NCBI GenBank assembly: GCA_964535655.1
Contig: CAZHTP010000002.1
Span: 154,054-218,053, forward strand
Source of the DNA: an uncultured Gammaproteobacteria bacterium
GTDB taxonomy: Bacteria > Patescibacteriota > Microgenomatia > JALYQM01
Direction: 5' to 3'
DNA length: 64,000 bases
Shown piece after piece: positions 9,122-19,391 of the stretch (positions are counted from its first letter, which is position 1; each line of letters begins with the position of its first letter). Below the pieces are notes generated by a model. It did no database searches, had not been told where the DNA came from, and worked only from the letters and a program-made list of their open reading frames with translations. Both the position numbers and the translations under genes were made by a program.

Positions 9122-11083
9122 TTACTTCCAACTCGGTAACCAATAATAATTTTCCCTCGTCATTTCAGGAACCAATACGCCGGTTACGTGAGGATAAAAA
9201 TAAACAAAAGTAACCAGCACCAGGCCTAAATAAACAAATACTGCAATTCTTCCGTATTTCTTCCATTTTGTATAAATAGAATAAAGCGCATACGCCATAA
9301 GGGGGTAAAAGAATGTCATAGGCGGGAAAAAGTGATAAAAGAACATAATACGAGGCGATCTGGCCCACGGTAGCCATAACCCAGCAAAGGCAATAAAAAT
9401 TACAAATAAGGGCATAACTTTCTTAAGCATAGCTTGCTCCTTTGGCAACTTAGTGAACACTAAATCAAATAGCTGAACACCAACAAGAAACACATATAAC
9501 AACATCCCAAAGAGCATAACTTGCGGCAATACGCCGTATACTACAACGCCTATCTGATCAAATATACTTTTCACTTCTTGCGGGCGGACATAATTAGCAT
9601 TCCACTGTATCAGTAATAAGAAAGCAGCTGGAATTATTGCATAGAACCAAACTCGATATTTTCCAATTAAATACACAGAGATTAATGCAAGCGTTGGGAA
9701 GATCATCCAGAATATTGTTGGGTTACCCATGGTATAAATATCGGCGATCGTTTTATTCGTTCCAGAGTGTGCAAAGCTCTCTTTACAGCGCAGAGCATTG
9801 AGTGATGCACCTACTTCATCCCCAGAGTTACAATACTGCACATAAAACCACACTGGGCGTAAATCCATTGGCCACATCCACCATTGGGACTGATAACTAT
9901 GGGTAGCTTTCAAGTTAGTATGATACCACCACATTTGTTTTTGCAGTCCCCACCAAATCCAGTACCGGTCAGCAAAGGTTGCGTTAAATGAGTATAATGG
10001 TCGCCAAAAACGAATAGACCTTAATTTTTCTTGCAGGTCAGCTTTTACTTTATTTTTGTCACAATAATCGGGAACAGACTCATATCCCGTACAGTTACCA
10101 TCGTTGATCATCTTCAACCGTTCTTGCAGTGACTTAGCGTCATTTTCCCACTGATTATATTTCATGATATCAACAAGCGAATTTCCTTTGTAATCGTAAA
10201 TCGGCATCGTAAAAAGCTGCCAGTACGAAAGAAGGTAGATGATAAAAGGGATAAAAAGAATACACGTAAACCCTAATACAACTTGCTGAACAAACAGTAG
10301 CGCATTCACTTTTATAGTCGGCCTATGGTGGATCAAATAATAAAATAGAGTTAACAATTGATACGCGCCCATAATTCCAATGGCAAAAAGCGGTGTCCAT
10401 TTGGAAGCAACTGCACAGCCAAGAAAGAATGAAGTAAGGAGCCAATATAATAGGCTTAGCCGGTGGTTAAGCAAGTGTGATGGCAAATCCTCACGCGATT
10501 CTCTCTTTGTAAAAAAGTAAAATGCAAAAAGAAGGAATGTAACGGCAAAAATATCATTCATGGCAGTGCGGGATTGAACCAGCGGAAGTAAATCAAAAGT
10601 AAAAAGGAATGCGGCAATCACACCTATCCATTTATTCTTAAATACAGATCCCGCTAAAAGGAAAATCGCGACGGTGGCCAGAACACCAAAAAATGCAGAG
10701 AAAAATCTCCATCCAAAGGCTGAGTTCGCGAGAATTTTATTCGTTTTCTTTTCAGCTTCCTGCTCTTCTTTTGTCTGCACTTGTTCAGGATGGGTTATTT
10801 TAGTTGGTAGCTGTCCGGGTCCCCCAACCATTTGTACCCCCCACGACATTATTACCTTAGCAAGAGGTGGATGTGTCCATTCATACGCAACTCCATCCGG
10901 TGGAGTTTCCCACCAAACCCATGCCTCATACCTGTTTAGTGCAAACATTTTTGCTGTAAATGCGTGATAGACTTCGTCAAAAACATATTCAGGAATTGAA
11001 CCTATTTGCCAAAATCGGGTAAAGGTACAGAGGATTAATAGAGTGACGATCCAAAATTGCCACTTTTGTATTATTTTTTTCAT
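9122..11083 (-). CDS. Protein O-mannosyltransferase-like GT-C (PMT/GT39)
   Basis: VFDEVYH, HPPLAK, FGWRF, C-terminal H.YQS.WW.WP...RP and GNP, many TM helices. Confidence 0.85.
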   Translation of the reverse strand: MKKIIQKWQFWIVTLLILCTFTRFWQIGSIPEYVFDEVYHAFTAKMFALNRYEAWVWWETPPDGVAYEWTHPPLAKVIMSWGVQMVGGPGQLPTKITHPEQVQTKEEQEAEKKTNKILANSAFGWRFFSAFFGVLATVAIFLLAGSVFKNKWIGVIAAFLFTFDLLPLVQSRTAMNDIFAVTFLLFAFYFFTKRESREDLPSHLLNHRLSLLYWLLTSFFLGCAVASKWTPLFAIGIMGAYQLLTLFYYLIHHRPTIKVNALLFVQQVVLGFTCILFIPFIIYLLSYWQLFTMPIYDYKGNSLVDIMKYNQWENDAKSLQERLKMINDGNCTGYESVPDYCDKNKVKADLQEKLRSIRFWRPLYSFNATFADRYWIWWGLQKQMWWYHTNLKATHSYQSQWWMWPMDLRPVWFYVQYCNSGDEVGASLNALRCKESFAHSGTNKTIADIYTMGNPTIFWMIFPTLALISVYLIGKYRVWFYAIIPAAFLLLIQWNANYVRPQEVKSIFDQIGVVVYGVLPQVMLFGMLLYVFLVGVQLFDLVFTKLPKEQAMLKKVMPLFVIFIAFAGLWLPWARSPRIMFFYHFFPPMTFFYPLMAYALYSIYTKWKKYGRIAVFVYLGLVLVTFVYFYPHVTGVLVPEMTRENYYWLPSWK

Positions 11084-11089
11084 ATTCTC

Positions 11090-12466
11090 CTACTTTTTAA
11101 TATGTTCAGGCGCTAAACGTTTAATATAGTGTGGAGCAGAAACAACAAATATCCCATATATGAGCAATTGTATGTAAGACCAGGTAGTAAGGTAGGATTC
11201 TACGAAATAGTAAAAGGTATTAGCAGTAGGAACATTTATTCGCGGCTGAGCGAGGAAGTAGAGATAAAATACATATACGTAATACAAATTAAGCGAGTGC
11301 AGAAGCATCGTTAGTATAAACAAGGCCCAGGCTAGCATGACAAGCAATAGGTCTTTCTTTGCGCGTCTCTCACCATTTAAATAGTGAAGGGTATACAATC
11401 CGGCAAAGAGAATGAAGTAAACAAAGAGGGGGTACAAATATCTTTCGTGCATTCGTGTCATAAACATAACAGCCGAGAAGACAAAATAAGTAGAAAGAAG
11501 TGCAGCATTCTTTTCCACAAGCTCTCTCTTTGGCGAATACAGAGCACGAATTCCAAAATAAAAACCACCTACAAGGGTAAGGCCCCAAACTAAGTAGCCA
11601 AAAAATCGTTGAGTCATTCCAAATAAATACACTGTTGTGTCGGGCTTCCAGAAGCCCAATATGCCCCAATAATTAAAGGTGTTTATAGAAGAATACGGGT
11701 AAACATCAACAGAGTTTTGCAGCAATCCCCACATCCCACTCAAGGCAGTAATGCCAAAGAAAGGCATAGTTAAAACATAAAAAGTTACCATTGAATAAAG
11801 TACAGATTTCGCAAGAAGCATCCAGTTCCATTCTTTTATAAATAAGAGTAAATAGAATGGAGCGAGCACAACAGCCTGAGGCTTAATTACTGCCGCTACA
11901 ACAAAGATTACGCAAGAGATTGAGAGCTGCTTTTTTAGAACATAGTAAAAAGATAAAAGTAGAAAAAATACATATACAGAATCTACTTGACCCCATGCTG
12001 CACTTGTTAAAATGGTGAAGGGGCTCAACAAATAAAGACCCGCTACAATTTCTGGCAAATAAAACATTTTGACTTGCGCAAAACCTGCATATTTATGGCT
12101 TAGGTATATCATTATCTTATATAATAATACGCCTGTTAAAATATCAAAAAGCATGGGAACGGATTTATGCAGAAACTCATATAGCTCCCGTGAAGCAGAT
12201 GAAAAAAACGCGTGTTTAATAGCCGCTACTAACCACATAAAATACATATATCCCGGGGCGTAGTCACTCCATATACCACTCTTGTAAAACCGCCCTGGCC
12301 CAACCATAAGCATCTGTTCGCCCCACGCTATAAACGAATCCATATCACTTTTAAATGGAGGAAAAGTTGCAAAAAAGAGCCGTACTAATACCGCGAAACT
12401 CGCAATAGTAAAAAATTTTATATGACGTTTAATCATTCTTATACATCGCTCCTTCTCTTCGTTCAA
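11090..12466 (-). CDS. GT-C membrane glycosyltransferase
   Basis: DYAPGY, WGQVDS, IKPQA, TRMHERYLYP; polytopic. Confidence 0.75.
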   Translation of the reverse strand: MNEEKERCIRMIKRHIKFFTIASFAVLVRLFFATFPPFKSDMDSFIAWGEQMLMVGPGRFYKSGIWSDYAPGYMYFMWLVAAIKHAFFSSASRELYEFLHKSVPMLFDILTGVLLYKIMIYLSHKYAGFAQVKMFYLPEIVAGLYLLSPFTILTSAAWGQVDSVYVFFLLLSFYYVLKKQLSISCVIFVVAAVIKPQAVVLAPFYLLLFIKEWNWMLLAKSVLYSMVTFYVLTMPFFGITALSGMWGLLQNSVDVYPYSSINTFNYWGILGFWKPDTTVYLFGMTQRFFGYLVWGLTLVGGFYFGIRALYSPKRELVEKNAALLSTYFVFSAVMFMTRMHERYLYPLFVYFILFAGLYTLHYLNGERRAKKDLLLVMLAWALFILTMLLHSLNLYYVYVFYLYFLAQPRINVPTANTFYYFVESYLTTWSYIQLLIYGIFVVSAPHYIKRLAPEHIKK

Positions 12467-13949
12467 CAGTAACTCCCCCTGGATACGCGCGAGTCCACTT
12501 AACAGTACCTTTTTTAATTACCGTCTTTTTCCATCCATCCGAACCATACGGATTCTTGGGATCATCCTTTTCAATTATTAAGTAAAATAAACTATCTTTA
12601 CTATCATTTGGTACGTACGAATATTTAGTAGAGCCTCGCCACCAGAAAAGATAATTATAATTGTAATCATAAATTGGTGGCGTGTATACAAATGCGCCAA
12701 ACGGCTTTCCTTGACTGTCAGCATAAATATCGTCAATAATGCGGATTTCATTTCGAAAAGTCCCTGGATTAGTATCAACAACCTCAGAATGCCCCCAATA
12801 GTGGGAATAGGTGTAGACACTCCATATAAGCAATAGCGCACTCAAAACTAAAAAATTTACCTGATGTAATTTCATAAATCGGGACATAGCATATGCAACA
12901 AAAAAGTAATAACTTACCTGAAGGCCAACCCAATACCATTCCCAGGCCGGGCGGGGATACAGAAGAAAAAAGGCAAAGAACCACAGAGGGCAAGCAAGGA
13001 AGAAAAGAATTCGCTTACCTTCGAGTGAATCAAGTTTATACATGGTGCGAAAAACATACGCAAGGCCAATCAATGCAAACAAATAGCGGAAAAAGTCGGC
13101 TCCTGAAACAGTATTAATCGTCGCTTTACGTATTTCATCAAGTCGATAGTAAAGGCGAGTAGGGTACGGAATTGATTCTCCCAAGCTTACATTTTTACCT
13201 TCGAGTAATTGGATAATTGATCGAGACATTAAGAATTCATGTTTAAGATCAAATAATATTTGAGCTGAAAATGAAAGCAAAAAGAGTAGAATCATATACC
13301 AAAAATAGTTGTTTGCGTAGAATTTTTTGATAAAAAACAGTGATAAAATGATAGCTACCAAAATTAGATTCCCGCCAAAAGCAAGTTCAAATTGAGCGAT
13401 CACTCCAGAAATAACTCCACACCAGAGCAAATATTTTGGATTTTTTAGTGCTTTATGCATGCAATACATAAAGAAAATCATACAGAATGGAATCCAATAA
13501 GGGTTCCAGAAAATAGTCGAAAAGCTTATAGATGCGGGAGAAAGTGCAAAGAATAATGCGACAATTATGCCAAACAATCGACCATACATTGTTCGACCAA
13601 ACAGGTAACATAATAAAGTTCCAAGTACTCCTAAGAAACCCATGGTAAAAATATTGGCAGCGGGGTTACCTTCGGATATCAGAAAAGGCATCGCCAAAAG
13701 GTAATAATGCAGAGGTCCTTGGAATACTCCCTGCAGACCAGTAAAAGGACCAATAAGTGTAGGATGATGATTAACGACTATATTTTTTACCTCAAGCATA
13801 TCCCTGCCGTGATCAAAAAGGAAAGGGAAACCACCATCAAATACAGGAGTAAAGCGAATAACACCAGTAAGAACCATCGCCAGGATTACGAGTATGTAGT
13901 CAAATTTATGATGTATTATTTCGTTAGCTAAGCTGCGTCCAAACCCCAT
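12429..13949 (-). CDS. ArnT/GT39-like membrane glycosyltransferase
   Basis: FDHGRD, LIGP, GPLHYYL, WNPY motifs; polytopic. Confidence 0.75.
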   Translation of the reverse strand: MGFGRSLANEIIHHKFDYILVILAMVLTGVIRFTPVFDGGFPFLFDHGRDMLEVKNIVVNHHPTLIGPFTGLQGVFQGPLHYYLLAMPFLISEGNPAANIFTMGFLGVLGTLLCYLFGRTMYGRLFGIIVALFFALSPASISFSTIFWNPYWIPFCMIFFMYCMHKALKNPKYLLWCGVISGVIAQFELAFGGNLILVAIILSLFFIKKFYANNYFWYMILLFLLSFSAQILFDLKHEFLMSRSIIQLLEGKNVSLGESIPYPTRLYYRLDEIRKATINTVSGADFFRYLFALIGLAYVFRTMYKLDSLEGKRILFFLACPLWFFAFFLLYPRPAWEWYWVGLQVSYYFFVAYAMSRFMKLHQVNFLVLSALLLIWSVYTYSHYWGHSEVVDTNPGTFRNEIRIIDDIYADSQGKPFGAFVYTPPIYDYNYNYLFWWRGSTKYSYVPNDSKDSLFYLIIEKDDPKNPYGSDGWKKTVIKKGTVKWTRAYPGGVTVERREGAMYKND

Positions 13950-14022
13950 ATTAGATATATTATACCTAATAAAAGCACACTATGTCATGAGGATGTGATA
14001 CTATTTCGGGAAAGGAGAGATT

Positions 14023-14862
14023 ATGAAGATTTTAATCATTGGAAACGGCTATGTTGGAGCTCGTTGCGCAGCAGCATGGAGCGATAGCGTTAGCTCAACA
14101 AAACGAGTCAATTCGGTCGACGATGCCCTCGAAATCCTTGAAGAACATCAGCCTGATGTGGTGCTAAATGCTGCAGGAGTGACGGGAAAACCTAACGTCG
14201 ATTGGTGCGAAACTAATCAACTGGTAACGGTAAACGGGAACACCATTTTGCCCTGGCTAATTGCTGAAGCCTGCCGGAAAAAGAATACCTATCTTCTTCA
14301 TGTTGGCACTGGCTGCATTTTTTATGGTCCTGCTCCTGACACTAAAGGCTGGAAGGAAGAAGATTTTGCCAATCCTTTATCCGTTTATTCGAAGGCTAAA
14401 TATGCTTCAGATTTCCTTTTATCTACTCTTGATAATGTTGGCATTGCTCGTATCCGCTTGCCCATCGACTACATTCCTTCCGACAAAAATCTTATTACAC
14501 GCTTTACCAAATATAAAACAATTCTTGATGTAGAAAATAGCATCACCGCCCTTGAAGATATGGTTCGCGTCTTTAGATTACTCCTTGAAAAGAAAGCCAG
14601 TGGAATTTTTCATTGCACTCAAAAAGGTGGAATTCACTATCGCCGGTTTATAGAACTATATAATAAATATATCGACCCAAATGACATCAAAGAGTTTATA
14701 ACTGAAGAAGAATTAGTGAAGCGTGGCAGTGTCTCTAAAAACCGCGCAACAAATGTCCTTCAGTCCTTTAATCTTGAAAAATATGGTATTCAAATGCGTG
14801 GAGTCGATGAAATGGTGACTGAAACTATGCAGCGGTACGCTGAACAGCTGCATCAACATTAG
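14023..14862 (+). CDS. NDP-4-keto-6-deoxyglucose 3,5-epimerase/4-reductase (RmlD-like, NRS/ER type)
   Basis: GNGYVG, NAAGVTGKPNVDWCE, TGCIF, YSKAK, RIRLPI. Confidence 0.75.
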   Translation: MKILIIGNGYVGARCAAAWSDSVSSTKRVNSVDDALEILEEHQPDVVLNAAGVTGKPNVDWCETNQLVTVNGNTILPWLIAEACRKKNTYLLHVGTGCIFYGPAPDTKGWKEEDFANPLSVYSKAKYASDFLLSTLDNVGIARIRLPIDYIPSDKNLITRFTKYKTILDVENSITALEDMVRVFRLLLEKKASGIFHCTQKGGIHYRRFIELYNKYIDPNDIKEFITEEELVKRGSVSKNRATNVLQSFNLEKYGIQMRGVDEMVTETMQRYAEQLHQH

Positions 14863-15829
14863 GTCGACCCTGCTTCAAAGGCTGCCACCACCAGGTATTA
14901 TCTTTATACCAGTTAATGGTTTCATCAATGCCTTTTTCAAAGGTATAGCTTAGATCCCATCCCATGTTCATAAGTTTTGAGGCGTCAATCGAATAGCGTA
15001 AGTCATGGCCTAAGCGATGCTCAACTTTTTCAATCCATGAATCATCTTTACCAAAATGTTTTAAGATTATTTCAGTGATTTGTTTATTTGTATGTTCCTC
15101 ATTGCCACCAATACAATAGCGTTCTCCAATAGTCCCTTTATGAACTATAAAGTCAATGGCGCGACAATGGTCTTTAACATGGAGCCAGTCTCTAATATTC
15201 TCGCCATTGCCCATCAAAGGCAATTTCTTCCCTTCAATAAGGTTAGTTATAAAGCGAGGTATCAACTTCTCCGGATCCTGGTACAGTCCATAATTATTGG
15301 AACAATTGGAAACTGTCACCGGCAGGCCGTACGCACTCCCATAACTAAAGGTCAATAAATCAGAAGAAGCTTTCGATGCCGAATAAGGCATGCGTGGCTT
15401 TATTGGTGATTTTTCATTAAAAGAAGGCTCATCCAGTGTTAGTTGACCAAACACTTCATCTGTCGAAACATGATGATATCGTGAAACCTTATTTCTTCGT
15501 GCTGCATCAAGCAGTAGTCCTGTGCCTAACACATTAGTACGAACAAATGTCATTGGGTCAAGGATAGATCGATCAACATGTGATTCTGCGGCAAAGTGGA
15601 CAACAAGGTCAACACCTTTCATAACTTCATCAACAACAGAAGCATCGGTGATGTCCCCTTTAACAAAAGAATAGTTGGGATTATTTTCGACGTCTTTTAA
15701 ATTTTCTAAATGCCCCGCATAGGTAAGCACATCAAGGTTGACTACTTTGTCTTCAGCATGCTCAGTTAACCAGTGATGGACAAAGTTGGAACCAATAAAC
15801 CCAGCACCGCCCGTAATCAATACTTTCAT
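14825..15829 (-). CDS. rfbB: dTDP-glucose 4,6-dehydratase
   Basis: TGGAGFIGSNF, HFAAESHVDRSI, STDEVFG, YSASKAS, CSNNYG, RDWLHV. Confidence 0.95.
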   Translation of the reverse strand: MKVLITGGAGFIGSNFVHHWLTEHAEDKVVNLDVLTYAGHLENLKDVENNPNYSFVKGDITDASVVDEVMKGVDLVVHFAAESHVDRSILDPMTFVRTNVLGTGLLLDAARRNKVSRYHHVSTDEVFGQLTLDEPSFNEKSPIKPRMPYSASKASSDLLTFSYGSAYGLPVTVSNCSNNYGLYQDPEKLIPRFITNLIEGKKLPLMGNGENIRDWLHVKDHCRAIDFIVHKGTIGERYCIGGNEEHTNKQITEIILKHFGKDDSWIEKVEHRLGHDLRYSIDASKLMNMGWDLSYTFEKGIDETINWYKDNTWWWQPLKQGRPNVDAAVQRTAA

Positions 15830-15838
15830 GAAGCCTCC

Positions 15839-16918
15839 TTAGACATTAACCTGACATTTTTCACCGATAAATAATTTAATTGTTGAAGTTGGGCCATCTG
15901 TATGGCCAATTTCACTTTCTGCGCCAATTAAACTTGAATCAATTGGTTGTGGAACATGAAGTATCTTTACATTATTTAGAACAACACTATTTTGAATATC
16001 GCTTCCTTCAATGAGGCAATTATCACTAATCGAGGTAAAGGGGCCGACAAATGCGTTATTAAGGACAACATTATCTCCTAACACTACTGGACCTCGAATA
16101 TGCGAATTAATAATTTGGCAATCTTTACCTATCTTAACTCGATTCTCAATGGTCGAAGTTTCATCAGGGGTACTGTGCATATCAGACTCTAAGGTACTAT
16201 CGAGTATGTATTGATTAGATTCAATCCAATCGCCAAACTTACCAGGGTCAAGCCATTTGCCAGTATATTCTAAAACATCGACCCTATAGCCACGATCAAT
16301 CAACCACTGATAGGGAGAGCTTATCTCAAGTTCGCCCCGTGCAGATGGAACAATTTTTTCATCACCTTTAAAACACTTAAATACATTCGTATCAAAAAAG
16401 TACAAACCAGGAATCGCAAAATCGTGCGGTGGGTCCAAAGGTTTCTCTACATACTTAATCATTCGCCCATTTTCATCAAAATAGGGAACACCCAAACGTC
16501 GATTTTCTTTATGATGTAGCATCGTTACAAGACCATTCGGCTTCTCTTTTTCAAAATACTCAACAAATTCTTTAATTCCTTCTGTAAAAATATTATCTCC
16601 CAAGTGCATTACAAATGAGTCCCCATTAAGCCACTCTTCGCATACTTGGAAAATGTTAGGCAACCCAAGAGGTTTTTCCTGGGCAATGAAAGTGAACTGA
16701 ACATTCCATCGTGAGCCATCACCAAGAAGAGAAGTTACCATTTCATAAAAAGAAGGATCATAAGTAATACCAATTTCCTTGATACCCGCTTCAACTATCG
16801 TCTCAATCGGATAAAAAATTAAAGGTTTATTAGCTACAGGAATAAAATGTTTATTTGAAGAAAACGTCAAAGGACGCATTCGTGTGCCACGACCGCCAGT
16901 AGGGATGATTGCTTTCAT
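15839..16918 (-). CDS. rfbA: Glucose-1-phosphate thymidylyltransferase, long form
   Basis: GGRGTRMRPLT, LGDNIF, PSARGELEI, WLDPG, C-terminal left-handed beta-helix. Confidence 0.9.
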   Translation of the reverse strand: MKAIIPTGGRGTRMRPLTFSSNKHFIPVANKPLIFYPIETIVEAGIKEIGITYDPSFYEMVTSLLGDGSRWNVQFTFIAQEKPLGLPNIFQVCEEWLNGDSFVMHLGDNIFTEGIKEFVEYFEKEKPNGLVTMLHHKENRRLGVPYFDENGRMIKYVEKPLDPPHDFAIPGLYFFDTNVFKCFKGDEKIVPSARGELEISSPYQWLIDRGYRVDVLEYTGKWLDPGKFGDWIESNQYILDSTLESDMHSTPDETSTIENRVKIGKDCQIINSHIRGPVVLGDNVVLNNAFVGPFTSISDNCLIEGSDIQNSVVLNNVKILHVPQPIDSSLIGAESEIGHTDGPTSTIKLFIGEKCQVNV

Positions 16919-16951
16919 GTAGAGCTATCCTAATCTCATAACTTTAAATTG

Positions 16952-17827
16952 TCAAATCTTTTTTGCATATACAATCATATTGTCACCAAAGTATAAATAC
17001 AACCATCGAGTTCCGAACAACTTCATCATAATCTTCGAATTCATAAACCGTTCAAAAAAAGGTATATTAAAATGTTTAGCTACCCGGGCAATATAGGGAT
17101 AGGTTAGCCATTTCCCCATACTCTCAATTTTTATAACCTGATATCCTGATTGTTTAAGCAATTCAGTAACTGTTTTGCGAGACAAAAAGAAATAATGGTG
17201 CGGAGGAGCAAAGAAATGATTATGTGTACCCAATATCTGGGCATAAAGTGAACCAACATCGCCAGTGCCAATAACAAGCAGCCCACCCTTTTTAATCGAC
17301 TCAGATAATTTTATTAAATCTTTTTTAGGGTCAGATAGATGTTCAATAAGATCAAACATAAGTACTACATCAAATGAATTAGCCGGAAAATTAGCTTTAT
17401 GTAATGGTGTAGTTTGGATTTTATCTTTCAAGTGAGAGGAAGCCAGACCAGTTATATAGGCTGAAGTATCTATACCGCTTACAGAGTAGCCTTTTTTCAA
17501 CGCTTCATCCATAAAAAATCCGGCAGCACAACCTACATCCAATAACGCTCCATGGTCGGTTATCTGGTAAATTTTTTCTAGATAATGAGCGGCATTCTTG
17601 CGTACCATCGGTTCTTCAGAGAGGTAGTCCGCATATCCAAACTTTTCATCTTTCCCCATGAAATAGCCTTCACGGTAATATTTCTCTAAGAATTGATCAT
17701 AATCTTGATCCGTTTCCAACGTGTACAGCCCACACGTATCACAATGCAAAATTGTGAACCCATTCTTAACAAAGCCAATTTGAAAATATCCTCCACAGGA
17801 CAAGTAACACGCATCAAGTCGTTTCAT
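16952..17827 (-). CDS. Class I SAM-dependent methyltransferase (glycan modification)
   Basis: N-terminal CxxC pairs, LLDVGCAAGFF, FDLIEHL. Confidence 0.85.
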   Translation of the reverse strand: MKRLDACYLSCGGYFQIGFVKNGFTILHCDTCGLYTLETDQDYDQFLEKYYREGYFMGKDEKFGYADYLSEEPMVRKNAAHYLEKIYQITDHGALLDVGCAAGFFMDEALKKGYSVSGIDTSAYITGLASSHLKDKIQTTPLHKANFPANSFDVVLMFDLIEHLSDPKKDLIKLSESIKKGGLLVIGTGDVGSLYAQILGTHNHFFAPPHHYFFLSRKTVTELLKQSGYQVIKIESMGKWLTYPYIARVAKHFNIPFFERFMNSKIMMKLFGTRWLYLYFGDNMIVYAKKI

Positions 17828-17828
17828 A

Positions 17829-19379
17829 TTATTTTTTTATATACTCGTATACTAAATAGGGACCAAACCGCGCAGAAGTTCCCGGCGACAATTGTGGTTC
17901 AGAAGTAGATTGAATCATGTAATATTTAACAGAATCTCCTTTAGCTGTTTCTATCTCTCTTTTTAACACATTTTCCCAGTAATAGTGAGCAGCAGTATTA
18001 AGTGCTTGCACGGTAGGCTTTTCGATATCGGTACTTATAACATACGATGTGCCTCCTTTTGCTATAGAATCCGACTGCGCCCACTTCATTGCATTATCTA
18101 AAAATACATACGGTATATCCGAAAAATTGCTTAAAGCGCCTAATGGATAATCGTAATGCTCAATAAAAGAAAAATAACGAACAATATAGATTACCCACCA
18201 GGATGAAATCAAAATAGGTATCATAAGTAGTGAATACGCGCTGGTTTTCCATGAGCGCTGCAACAATAGGTGATAACAATCATTTATGCAAATACCAAAA
18301 AGAAGAGCGATCGACGGAAGGGCTAGGATAAAATACCGAGGAACAATGATGGGTACTTTTACAAAGGTCATAAACCATAACGGGCCAACAGCCCAAAGCA
18401 AAAGCAGAAGTCTAAATAATCGTCGTGATGTGTTTTTATGAAAAAGAACGATAATGCTATAAATAAGTACAACATAAAGAAGCGACGAAATAAATAGTTT
18501 GACTGGTGTGTTGAGAAATATTTGCGAATGAAAAACATCATTTGCATACCCAAGTTGCCATTGAAATCCACCACCAGGGATAACGTCAATATATGTACGC
18601 GCAACATCCAAAAATTGAAAATAAAAAGGTTTATCTTTAGCCTCAAATTTTTGAGTAGCACTAAAGAACGCGTTAAACATTGAAATATTACTACTATAAT
18701 AATACAGAGAAGGAATAAAGAGCACAGTTAATAAAGTTATTCCAAACCCTAGATATGTCTTAGATATGTCTTTTTTTATCTGTGCCAGAGAAATAACAAC
18801 ACTCGGTAAAATAAAATGAAGGCAACTTATATAAAGCTGAAATAAAACCCCCCACAGCAAAAGGAGTAAACTAACTAGTTTGGTTGAAGGTTTCTCTAAA
18901 AAAAGAAAAGTAACTAAAATACTGAAGCTGATAAAAGTCGGGACTGGTGTAGGTTGATACACCATTCGTGAAAAAATCTCCCACCACGGGTGAGTAGCTA
19001 AAAATAATCCTGCAAATAGTCCAGCAAGGGGAGAAAAATATTTTTTGCCGATATAAAGCATCACTACAATACTCGACATGTTTATAATCGCTGTGAGAGC
19101 AGAGACTACAAGGGGATTGGAAGAGATATAAAAAAGTGGCAGGTAAAAATATATTAGAGCCGGTCCCCAGGAATAATTACCCCAAGGTGATTCAAGAGTG
19201 TACGACTGGCTGGTAAGGTAACTACCATGCTCGATATAATCGTGTAAAACTAGTCCAAGGCGAGGCTGGTCATACCCAAACTCAATAGTATCCATCCAGC
19301 CAAGTCTGAGCACTAAATAAAGGAGCAATAGTAATCCCGAAAAAACGTAAAAATATATACTTTTAAATCGATACCACAT
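17829..19379 (-). CDS. ArnT/GT39-like membrane glycosyltransferase
   Basis: FGYDQ, GPALIY, polytopic, PRYFIL. Confidence 0.7.
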   Translation of the reverse strand: MWYRFKSIYFYVFSGLLLLLYLVLRLGWMDTIEFGYDQPRLGLVLHDYIEHGSYLTSQSYTLESPWGNYSWGPALIYFYLPLFYISSNPLVVSALTAIINMSSIVVMLYIGKKYFSPLAGLFAGLFLATHPWWEIFSRMVYQPTPVPTFISFSILVTFLFLEKPSTKLVSLLLLLWGVLFQLYISCLHFILPSVVISLAQIKKDISKTYLGFGITLLTVLFIPSLYYYSSNISMFNAFFSATQKFEAKDKPFYFQFLDVARTYIDVIPGGGFQWQLGYANDVFHSQIFLNTPVKLFISSLLYVVLIYSIIVLFHKNTSRRLFRLLLLLWAVGPLWFMTFVKVPIIVPRYFILALPSIALLFGICINDCYHLLLQRSWKTSAYSLLMIPILISSWWVIYIVRYFSFIEHYDYPLGALSNFSDIPYVFLDNAMKWAQSDSIAKGGTSYVISTDIEKPTVQALNTAAHYYWENVLKREIETAKGDSVKYYMIQSTSEPQLSPGTSARFGPYLVYEYIKK

Positions 19380-19391
19380 ATAATTTGAGTT

